Part shown: positions 44,338-52,821 of the stretch, one piece after another
How the letters are laid out: each line of letters begins with the position of its first letter
How positions within the stretch are numbered: position 1 is the first letter of the stretch
Source: Phycisphaerae bacterium
Lineage (GTDB): Bacteria; Planctomycetota; Phycisphaerae; Sedimentisphaerales; UBA12454
Direction of reading: 5' to 3'
NCBI GenBank assembly: GCA_041478555.1
Contig: JBGOWI010000002.1
Coordinates: 14,622 to 78,621, forward strand
DNA: 64,000 bases
Translations under genes and position numbers: made by a program
The notes under the pieces: generated by a model
Told to the model about the DNA's origin: nothing
The model's database searches: none
The model's input: the letters and a program-made list of their open reading frames with translations, nothing else

Positions 44338-46161
44338 CTAAAATGCATAGACACTGTGCATATTGTAGTATACACCTTTTTTGTCCAGCAGTTCCTGGTG
44401 GGTGCCTATCTCAGCGATTTTTTTATTTTCAAGAACGATTATTCTATCGCATTTTTGTATAGTGCTCAGCCGATGCGCAATAATAAAAGCCATCCGGTTT
44501 TTGAGCATATTATCGGTACTCTGCTGAATAAGCTTTTCCGTAACCGAGTCCAGCGAACTTGTCGCCTCATCCAGTATCACTATGGCCGGGTCTTTCAGAA
44601 TTACCCTGGCGATGGCGATTCTTTGCTTCTGGCCGCCGCTGAGCTTGACTCCTCTTTCACCGACGACAGTCTCGAACTTATCCGGAAATTGCATGATTGT
44701 GTCGTAGATATTGGCCATGATGCATGCATTTTTTATTTCCTCCTCGCTTTTGCCCGGGTCGGCAAACAAAAGATTATCTCTGATTGTTCCATAAAAAAGG
44801 AATGTTTCCTGGAAGACGATTCCGATATTTTGTCTTAGCGAAGTCTGCGTAAAATCTCTGATGTCTCTGCCGTCTATTTCTACTGAGCCGTTCTGGGGGT
44901 CGTAAAACCTCGGCAGAAGCGACAGCAGCGTGGTTTTACCGCTTCCGGTAGGACCTACGACGGCGATTTTTTCGCCGGCCCTGACCTCCAGGTTTACACC
45001 GTCAAGCACCTGCTCTCTGCCGTATGAGAATTTTACATCCCTGAACCTCACCTCGCCTTTAAGCGTCTGTTTTTCAAGTCTGAGCGCACCGGGTTTATCT
45101 TTGATATCCGGAACCGTCTTGATAAAATCAACTATTCTTTCCAGTGCTACTATTCCATCCTGAATAAGATTGGATACATTTATTATGGCGCCTATCGAGC
45201 TGTATAAATAATTCGAGAGCATCAGAAACAGTGTTATTGTTCCAACAGTTACTCCTCCGAATCGATAGAACATACAGATTCCGCCTATCACCGCTATCTG
45301 CATTCTTCCCCAGTCCATAGTCCCGTAGCTGAGCTGGTGATTGAAGCTGAATATCCTCATTATCTCATTTTGGACGTCAAAAAACTGCCGGTTTACATTA
45401 CGATATATTTCGCTGGAATAGTCTTCCAGGCTGAAAGCCTTGATTTCTTTTATGCCGCTGATGGTTTCCTGTATCTGTGAAGTTATTTGAGACAGGTGTG
45501 TCCGCTGTCTTCGATATAGCGGTTGCAATTTTGTCTTGATTGAGTAAAAAGCGTAAACGAGCACCGGCATAGGCAGCATTGCAGCAACAAAAAGCACAGG
45601 CGAAAGCACAAGCATTACCACCGGAACGAGCAGAAAATGAATGGCAGCATAAACCAGATGAAAACTGTTTCTCAGCATCACACTCAGGTTGTTTACATCA
45701 CCTACAGTCTTTGTCATTACATCTCCGACCCGCTCTGAATTGAAGTAAGCCAGCGATAGTTTATTGATATGGTCCTGAAGCTTCAGTTTGATTGAATATA
45801 TCACTAATTCCACGCTGCGGGTCGCCTGTCTGTGCATTACAACGCCGACACAGTTGGCCAGAAATATGACTATAGCCATCAGTGCGATGAATACGATGGA
45901 GAAAATGGTTTTTTCAAGAGCCGTTGAGCCGGCCTTGAGCCACAGGATATTGGCGTCATTTGCCAATAGTACATGGTCGATATAGTATTTTATGCTTATT
46001 GCCGGCAGCAGATTAAGTGCAGAGTTAAGAAAGAAAAGGAAGTAAACAGTGCGCAAAGGTTTTCTGTATGGCTTTATAAACAGCCAGAAATGTTTTATGT
46101 ATTCGGAAGTTTTATATTTCGGCCCGACGTTTTGTTCGCTTTGGCCTTTTATATTTTTCAT
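44338..46161 (-). CDS. ABC exporter, fused permease/ATPase (MsbA-like)
   Basis: Six-TM ABC_membrane region followed by GPTGSGKTT, LSGGQKQRIAIARV and ILDEATSSLD. Confidence 0.9.
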   Translation of the reverse strand: MKNIKGQSEQNVGPKYKTSEYIKHFWLFIKPYRKPLRTVYFLFFLNSALNLLPAISIKYYIDHVLLANDANILWLKAGSTALEKTIFSIVFIALMAIVIFLANCVGVVMHRQATRSVELVIYSIKLKLQDHINKLSLAYFNSERVGDVMTKTVGDVNNLSVMLRNSFHLVYAAIHFLLVPVVMLVLSPVLFVAAMLPMPVLVYAFYSIKTKLQPLYRRQRTHLSQITSQIQETISGIKEIKAFSLEDYSSEIYRNVNRQFFDVQNEIMRIFSFNHQLSYGTMDWGRMQIAVIGGICMFYRFGGVTVGTITLFLMLSNYLYSSIGAIINVSNLIQDGIVALERIVDFIKTVPDIKDKPGALRLEKQTLKGEVRFRDVKFSYGREQVLDGVNLEVRAGEKIAVVGPTGSGKTTLLSLLPRFYDPQNGSVEIDGRDIRDFTQTSLRQNIGIVFQETFLFYGTIRDNLLFADPGKSEEEIKNACIMANIYDTIMQFPDKFETVVGERGVKLSGGQKQRIAIARVILKDPAIVILDEATSSLDSVTEKLIQQSTDNMLKNRMAFIIAHRLSTIQKCDRIIVLENKKIAEIGTHQELLDKKGVYYNMHSVYAF

Positions 46162-46274
46162 TGTTTTGTTTACTTTGCCTGCAACTCGTTCGTTCAGTGC
46201 TCGTCCTTAAACATAAAATATTAAGATATAATCTTACATCTTACAAGTTCTGCAGGCAATATTGTTTTGATGGT

Positions 46275-48101
46275 TTACAGTTTTGGGGAAACCAGCGTTC
46301 CTGTTAGTATAACGGTTGTGATTGAATTTTTGGGCAAAATCAAGGGCGTATTTTCCTCGAATTTGCCTGTAAGTACACAATTTTCTGTCTGGCTTGTTCG
46401 ATAAACTTTGCTGGCTCTAATTTTAAAATTGCCGGTCGAAAGTTCAAGTGCAATATCGGTGGCGGCGGAAGTGTTTATTATTACAATTGATATTTGCCGG
46501 TTATCAGGGCTGATAAAGGCTGTTGTTCTCAAAGCAGGAGAATTTGTTGAGGCTTCAATACGCTGCCACTCTGCATCTATGAAAGCTGAAAATTGCTTGA
46601 ATGCGTAATAAGGGGGGTTGATGGTATAGCCGCCACTGCCCTTAGGAGCGTCAAGTGTCACAAGGCCGCCGCCAGTGGTGGCTTTCCGGAACAGGCTCCA
46701 GTAGCAATATGAGGTTACACCTTCATAAACAAGGCAGTTGTGGATATGCCGGGCTGTGTACAACGCGTCAGTAAAATCAGAGTTTCGTGAATACTCCGTC
46801 TGAAAAAGGGGCTTATAGCCGTATTTAGCAGCGTATTTTTTTATTGCCGCGACATAACCCTCAGGGTTGTCATAACTGCCGCTGCCGTCGCTGTAAAGGT
46901 GATGGACCCAACCGTAAACGTGGTTGGTATCGATAATCGCGTCAATATATGCCCGAGACCTTCCGAAGCCCATTGTTTCGGGGGCAAGCATCTTCGGCAT
47001 ATTTTTTCCCATTCGGGAATATAGTTTCTGATAGACTGCCTCGAAAGCGAGGTTATAGCCTGCCCAGTTTGAATCTTCTTTAGGCAGGAATTTGCAGGAA
47101 GCATAATTTGTCTCGATGTCACACTCATTTTGAATGCTTATATAATCGGCCTCTATGCCGTGATTGGAAAGGTCGGCCAGACTGTCCGCCCACCATTGCG
47201 CAAAATCATTATACATATAATTGCCATTAGCGTCTTTTTTAAGCGTTCCGCCGACCGGATTGTTATTGTTCTTGAGCCAAGCCGGCGGTGACCACGAGGC
47301 AATCATAATCTTTATTGGATGACTCAATGCCGTTTTGGCGTCGGCGATAATTTGTGCCGTGTCGTCTATATAGTTGCTGTCGATGCCATAGAGGTTTCGG
47401 AATCTGTAAATATCAGACCCCAGCTCTTTGAACAGAAGAATGTAAAGCTCGGTTTTCCTGGGGTGTGCTGTCAGCCAGTCTATGTCATAGCCGCCGGAGG
47501 CCCCAAAGCCTTCGAATTGCTGATAACGTATTGTTGCATCAACCCTGCCCGCAGCATTAGGGTCGATAGGCTTGGGTGGGCCGGCAGGCGGGCCGAATAC
47601 ATTCACATCATCGACATAGAAATTTACTCCTGCGGCAGGACCTTCAAAGTAGACATCAAGAGTTCCCAGCTCGCCGGTGAAATTCAGTGTGAAATTCCCT
47701 GAGAGCGGCACCCAGTTGCTGTCGTTGCCGACGCCGCCGGCTACGTGAATATAGTTGGTGTCGGCGCTGTCAGCCTGAGCAACGGTTAAAGAGACATTGG
47801 CACTGGCTGCGTTTTCGAGTTTGACCCAGCCGGATATCTGGTAAGTTTTCCCATTTTCCATCTTTCCCAAAAGGGACTGTTTGATTCCCTGCCAGGTATC
47901 AGTTCTGCTGTATGCTCTGCCGCTTTGGGAGCCGCTGTGTTTTTCGCTTGTGGATGTTGAGAACGGGCAGTTGCGCCCGGCCCAGCCGGTAGCGCCGTCT
48001 TCAAACCCCGGATTAGTAAGCAGGTTGGTATCACCGTAGCAGGGCGATAATGATAGAGCCACAGCGAAGAACAAACACATATAAAAATGCTTAACAGGCA
48101 T
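46275..48101 (-). CDS. Secreted CBM4/9/22-like plus GH30 glycoside hydrolase (no dockerin-like tail)
   Basis: The track ORF starts at 48125; ATG 48101 (MPVKHFYMCLFF) has AAAGGA upstream. NLLTNPGFEDGATGW is a CBM start. FEGFGASGG, ISIQNECD and FQTEYS are the GH30 acid/base and nucleophile regions. Confidence 0.82.
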   Translation of the reverse strand: MPVKHFYMCLFFAVALSLSPCYGDTNLLTNPGFEDGATGWAGRNCPFSTSTSEKHSGSQSGRAYSRTDTWQGIKQSLLGKMENGKTYQISGWVKLENAASANVSLTVAQADSADTNYIHVAGGVGNDSNWVPLSGNFTLNFTGELGTLDVYFEGPAAGVNFYVDDVNVFGPPAGPPKPIDPNAAGRVDATIRYQQFEGFGASGGYDIDWLTAHPRKTELYILLFKELGSDIYRFRNLYGIDSNYIDDTAQIIADAKTALSHPIKIMIASWSPPAWLKNNNNPVGGTLKKDANGNYMYNDFAQWWADSLADLSNHGIEADYISIQNECDIETNYASCKFLPKEDSNWAGYNLAFEAVYQKLYSRMGKNMPKMLAPETMGFGRSRAYIDAIIDTNHVYGWVHHLYSDGSGSYDNPEGYVAAIKKYAAKYGYKPLFQTEYSRNSDFTDALYTARHIHNCLVYEGVTSYCYWSLFRKATTGGGLVTLDAPKGSGGYTINPPYYAFKQFSAFIDAEWQRIEASTNSPALRTTAFISPDNRQISIVIINTSAATDIALELSTGNFKIRASKVYRTSQTENCVLTGKFEENTPLILPKNSITTVILTGTLVSPKL

Positions 48102-48161
48102 TTTGTCCTTTTCTACCGGTAGCAATTGCCGTTCAAATCTGCTTCAAGGGTCAATCCTGAA

Positions 48162-49445
48162 TCATTGACTTGCTGGTAAGTGGGTCGGTTCGCCAATGTT
48201 GGTCAGCTCAATGGTGAAGTCGTTGGGACCGCCGACAGTAACGTCAATAATTGCAACAGTAGGTTTCGCTTTCGCAGACGTAAGCGTAATGCTGTATTTT
48301 CCATAAAAGCCTCTGAAATCTGCATTTCCGTTATTATCAGTGATTGATGAATCGTTTTTTGTAGTCCATTCGTCCATCAGTGCTTCGTACCTTCTTCCAG
48401 CTTCGTTCAGGGTCCAGTCGTTATTAACAATGAACCAGTTAGGATACCAACGTGAGCCCTCCCAGAAGCCCCACATTAATATGCCCTCAACAGCGGGATG
48501 GCTGAAAGCTATGCGGTAAAAGTCCTCCATATCATTAGCACGTAAATTTATATCGGCCTGGTTGACGTCAAACTCGGTAATCCAGATAGGCAGGCCAAGC
48601 TGTGCCAGACTGTCGAGAACCTTCAATGCATTGGTACGGTTAAAGTTCACTTCTATGTGGCCCTGAACGCCGATAGCGTGAATCGGTGCGCCATTGTTAC
48701 GTAGATTAGTGATGAGATTTTTGTATGGCGTCGTATCGTAACGTCCGAATGAAAGCACATCATACTCATTGACAAAGAGCCTGCAGTTCGGGTCTATCTG
48801 GTTAGCCGCCTGGAACATCCAGTACCATATCGCTTCGCCGAGGTGGTCTTTGTAGAATGAGCCGGCCAGCATTTCATTATCGACGTCCCAGTGGACGAAT
48901 TTCCCTTTGAAGTGATTCACGACACTGTTCATTCGGCTCTCAACCGCGCTGCGCAGCGGACTGGCGGCCGGCAGCGGGGCATAAGCCAGATTCCTTAACC
49001 ATTGCTGTGCGTATTTTTCCTTTTCCCAATAAATACAATGGCCTCGCATAATGATTCCATTCGCCGCGCACCAGTTGTAGATATTGTCCGCAGTTTTATA
49101 GTCCACCTTGCCCTGCATCAGTTCGTTCCTGTACCACTTTGATTCATTTTCCATCACCGCCCACTCAAAATGGTTTTTGAAGAAGTTGGCATAGTTAGTA
49201 TTAGTCATAACGTTATTATTGATGCACGAGCCGAAGGCGAAGTGATGCTTTATCTGGCTGATTTTGACCTCGATACCTGGCACCGGCAGCTTGGAGCCGT
49301 ATGGCGAGATAGCAGTGATTCGGAAGTTGCCTTTACGGATTTGCTCTGTTCTCTTGTTCGCATCGGTTTTCCAGTCGCCGTAAGAGGATGATAACAATAG
49401 AGCCGCCATAAAAAACAAGCACGTATAAAAATACTTAACAGGCAT
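48162..49445 (-). CDS. Secreted GH10 endo-beta-xylanase-like enzyme with a C-terminal beta-sandwich
   Basis: The track ORF extends to 49577 and overlaps the upstream gene. ATG 49445 (MPVKYFYTCLFFMAALLL) has AAAGGA upstream. FAFGSCIN, WAVMENESKW, HWDVDNEM and WITEFDV are GH10 motifs. Confidence 0.85.
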   Translation of the reverse strand: MPVKYFYTCLFFMAALLLSSSYGDWKTDANKRTEQIRKGNFRITAISPYGSKLPVPGIEVKISQIKHHFAFGSCINNNVMTNTNYANFFKNHFEWAVMENESKWYRNELMQGKVDYKTADNIYNWCAANGIIMRGHCIYWEKEKYAQQWLRNLAYAPLPAASPLRSAVESRMNSVVNHFKGKFVHWDVDNEMLAGSFYKDHLGEAIWYWMFQAANQIDPNCRLFVNEYDVLSFGRYDTTPYKNLITNLRNNGAPIHAIGVQGHIEVNFNRTNALKVLDSLAQLGLPIWITEFDVNQADINLRANDMEDFYRIAFSHPAVEGILMWGFWEGSRWYPNWFIVNNDWTLNEAGRRYEALMDEWTTKNDSSITDNNGNADFRGFYGKYSITLTSAKAKPTVAIIDVTVGGPNDFTIELTNIGEPTHLPASQ

Positions 49446-49455
49446 CTGTCCTTTT

Positions 49456-52400
49456 CTACCAGTTATGTACACACGCCTGATCATTCGGGTCATTGCACTG
49501 CATCCACTGCACGGCAAAATCGCCGAAGTCGAGGAAATTGACGATGCCGTCCGTCGGCTCAAAATCCGCACCATCACAGTTGTTGGAATCGCCGCATTCA
49601 GGATTCAGCCAGTAATAGGATATAACATCGAGGTCCTGGTTGTCAACATAACAATCGCCGTTGAGGTCTGAATCGAGCTGGTGGCCAGCAGCCCGCACCT
49701 GCGAGCAGTCCTGGTAATCGGGCGTAGCGGAAGCTTCGTTCGAATAGCCGGATTCGTTGTTGGCGTCATCAACCGCTGTTACGACATAGAAATAAGGTAT
49801 GCCGTTGGTGGCGCTGTTGTCGATATAATTCGAGTCGCTCACAAGAGTAGAGCCGTTCAACTTGCTGTAGCCGCTGCCCGAAGTCATCGAACGATACACA
49901 TTATAGCCGGCCAAATCGACTTCGTTGTTATCGTTCCAGTCGAGCGAAACCATTCCGTTGCCTGCCGTTGCCGTCAGATTCGTCGGTGCCGCCGGTGGCA
50001 GGTTCATTGCCCCAGCCTTGACTACGAAGCCGATAATCACCTGACGGTTCATAGTGCCGGAAAAAGTTGCGCTTGGTGTTTCACTTGAGCCTGTCGGGGT
50101 TTTTTTGTAGCCGGTTACACCAGTGGATGAAGAGAATGATTGGTCGTTGGCTTCGGTAAAGCCATTGTTCAGTGTATATGAGCCCGCCTGACCGCAAGTA
50201 GCGGCGAGAATAACCATATCGCCATCGGAGGTAGCCAGTGCAGAAGAAGTTGTTATCGTATTGCCGCTCGTTGTACCGTTACTTGCAGAAGCTCCGGTAA
50301 GAGTCGTTTGATTGACATTCTGAAGGAATACGCTGGAGAATACGTTGGTATCGGGTGTCTGGTTCCACGAGAGGGTAAAGGTGTTCCCGCTTGCGGCAGC
50401 GATGTTGGGCTCGTTTAGGATAAATGCCACAACGTATGCTCTGGTCAATGGGCTCCCACTGCTGACCACTTTTTCGATGACCTTGGTCATCGATTGCCCG
50501 CCATAGGTCACAGAAGATAGATTTATATTGGGGTCATCATCATCCTCAGAGTGCGCAATGAAGACAAGTGCACGGTTAGTGCCTGATACTTTTGTATGTG
50601 TTGTGCCTGTTGCCCACGAGCCGATAATATTCACATCTGTGCTGGGCGCTGTGGTTGTAGCGGACTGTGTGCTCGACCAGCCTGTCTCATTCGGAGTCAG
50701 ATAGCTGTCGCGTGCCTTAACCCTAAACGAATACTGTGTACTCGGAGTAAGACCGCTGGCTATATAAGTTGGGCTTGTTTGCCAGGTGCTATTGGCTTCG
50801 CCGTGGTTGGTGCATTCGAAGTAGTACTGCACAGGCGGACTGTTGGCATCAGTGGCGGTCGTTGCGGTCATTGTGATTGTGCTTGGCCCTGTTGCTGTCG
50901 GTACCGTTGCCCAGACAAGCGGATTCGGCGTCGGCGGCGTAGTGTCCGGCGGATTGGCTTCAAAGTTGGCAACCACTGTATAATTCGCATCCATCAAAAC
51001 GGTGGTGCTGGCAGCATTGGGGTCGGCCACCTTGCCGGCATCTGCCGCCGTTCCCGTCCAGTTGACGAAGTGATAGTGCAAATCAGCCGTGGCAACGATG
51101 GTTGCATTGGAATCCTGGGCGTATTGGAAGCTGCCCTCGCCCGGCGTTGTTACTGAGCCGCCATTCGTAGAAGAGCAGACAAGCGTCTGCTGGGGACCTA
51201 TGGTAACAGAAAATGAGATAGTGGTAATTGACTGCGCCGGCAGGGACAGTGGTTGTGTGAATGCGCCGATGTATAACCAGTGCTCTGACTGGCTGCTTCG
51301 GTAAACCTCTGAGTCGTCCGGTGAACAGCCGTTCAGTGTAAGCGTTATGTTTTCGCTGCTGGTGGATTTGTTGAGTATTACAACCGTCAGTTCGTCATTG
51401 CCGGGATTCTTAAAGGCGGTCATTCGCAGGTTGCTCGAATCGGTCGATGCCCCGATAAGATACCAGTTGGGGTCGGTAAAGTATGAATAATGCTTGAAAA
51501 AATAGTAAAGGTCCCGAATTGAATAAGCACTCGAGGAGTCAATATGGATAAAACCGCCGGTAGATGATGACCTAAACAAGCTCCAGTGGTAATATGATGT
51601 TACACCCTCGTAAACCAGACAGTTGTAAATATGCTGGGCCAGCAATACGGCATGAGCAAATGTGGGAGTGCCGTTCGCACCATACTCCGTCATGAAAAGG
51701 GGCTTATTATAGTAGTCGCCGTAATTAGCAGCGAAAGTCTGCATCGCTGGGATTTTATCATCTGGAATATCGTAGTTACCGGTGCCGTCGGAATAAAGAT
51801 GGTTCGAGAAACCATAGACGTTGTTTATCTGGCCTCTATTGACAAGTGCGTCGATATATGGCCCAGCGCCGCCGACGGAGCCGCCGGTAATTCCCATAGT
51901 TTCCGGGGCGAGCATCTTCGGCATACTCGAACCCAGCCGGGAATAAATTTCGTTGTAAACCGCTTCGAAGGCCTGGTCGTAGCCTGCGAAGCTTGTTGTT
52001 TCGTTGGGTAAGAATTTGCAGGAATCATAGCTGGTCTCAATATCCGGCTCATTCTGAATAGAGATATAGTCCGGAACCAGGCCGTTAGGATTAGTGGCCC
52101 ATGTTTCCAAGCTGTCTGCCCACCAGTCTGCATACGCGGCATAAACGTAAAGGCCGCCGCTTTTGGCAAGTGTTCCGCCAGTAGAGCTTCCGGTGCTTTT
52201 GTAGGCACCAGGAGGCGACCACGGGACCAGCTCAAGCTTTAAAGCTGGGTTACGCGTCGTTTGCCTCGCCGCGGCAACGATTGTCTTAGTGGCGGTTACG
52301 GCGGAATCATCGTAACCGACGCAGTTTCGTATCCTTAAAACGTCAAGCCCAAGGTCTTTGAACAGAAGGTCGTAAATTGCTTCTCTCTGCGAGTGGCTTG

Positions 52401-52638
52401 TCAGGCTGGTTGGATCATAGACAGCGGCTCCGCCAAAACCTTCAAGCTGCTGATAAACGGTGTTATAATTTACTGTGCCTGTCGCAGCCATCCCTGCCTG
52501 GACAAAGAACAGGCATAAGGTCAGAATTGCTGCCCCCACTCTTGCTTCGCAAGAAGCAGTGGGGGTGATTGTTTTTCGGGGGAAATAACGGCCTCCAGCG
52601 GTTTTAGCCGCTGGGTCAGATATTCGCTTCTTCATCAT
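49456..52638 (-). CDS. Multidomain secreted GH30 enzyme: GH30, InlB-B-repeat-like, Fn3, unassigned ~210-aa module, Fn3 and Cys-containing dockerin-like tail
   Basis: LEGFGGAAV, ISIQNEPD and FMTEYG indicate GH30. YHFVNWTG..VVANFE is B-repeat-like. Fn3 blocks are present. The tail reads DLNGDCYVDNQDLDVISYYWL..NFLDFGDFAVQWMQCNDPNDQACVHNW. Confidence 0.85.
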   Translation of the reverse strand: MMKKRISDPAAKTAGGRYFPRKTITPTASCEARVGAAILTLCLFFVQAGMAATGTVNYNTVYQQLEGFGGAAVYDPTSLTSHSQREAIYDLLFKDLGLDVLRIRNCVGYDDSAVTATKTIVAAARQTTRNPALKLELVPWSPPGAYKSTGSSTGGTLAKSGGLYVYAAYADWWADSLETWATNPNGLVPDYISIQNEPDIETSYDSCKFLPNETTSFAGYDQAFEAVYNEIYSRLGSSMPKMLAPETMGITGGSVGGAGPYIDALVNRGQINNVYGFSNHLYSDGTGNYDIPDDKIPAMQTFAANYGDYYNKPLFMTEYGANGTPTFAHAVLLAQHIYNCLVYEGVTSYYHWSLFRSSSTGGFIHIDSSSAYSIRDLYYFFKHYSYFTDPNWYLIGASTDSSNLRMTAFKNPGNDELTVVILNKSTSSENITLTLNGCSPDDSEVYRSSQSEHWLYIGAFTQPLSLPAQSITTISFSVTIGPQQTLVCSSTNGGSVTTPGEGSFQYAQDSNATIVATADLHYHFVNWTGTAADAGKVADPNAASTTVLMDANYTVVANFEANPPDTTPPTPNPLVWATVPTATGPSTITMTATTATDANSPPVQYYFECTNHGEANSTWQTSPTYIASGLTPSTQYSFRVKARDSYLTPNETGWSSTQSATTTAPSTDVNIIGSWATGTTHTKVSGTNRALVFIAHSEDDDDPNINLSSVTYGGQSMTKVIEKVVSSGSPLTRAYVVAFILNEPNIAAASGNTFTLSWNQTPDTNVFSSVFLQNVNQTTLTGASASNGTTSGNTITTSSALATSDGDMVILAATCGQAGSYTLNNGFTEANDQSFSSSTGVTGYKKTPTGSSETPSATFSGTMNRQVIIGFVVKAGAMNLPPAAPTNLTATAGNGMVSLDWNDNNEVDLAGYNVYRSMTSGSGYSKLNGSTLVSDSNYIDNSATNGIPYFYVVTAVDDANNESGYSNEASATPDYQDCSQVRAAGHQLDSDLNGDCYVDNQDLDVISYYWLNPECGDSNNCDGADFEPTDGIVNFLDFGDFAVQWMQCNDPNDQACVHNW

Positions 52639-52821
52639 TCCTCACTCCTAAAAAAGATGAGCCAGCGAGTTTAGCTACAAAGTTTAACTACAAAATAGTA
52701 TACTTGGTTTGTCCCCTAAAATCAAGGTTTTTTGCCATTTTGCGGAGTTTTTTGCGGGCAGAATAGGCAGAAATCAGCTAAAAAAGAAGATTATGCCTTC
52801 TTTATTTCACTTCATTTGATT

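Noticed and set aside
49446-49577. N-terminal extension of the GH10 ORF (track start 49577)
   Set aside because: It overlaps the 3' end of the upstream gene in another frame. A downstream ATG with an RBS gives a normal signal peptide that is shared with the paralog at 48101.
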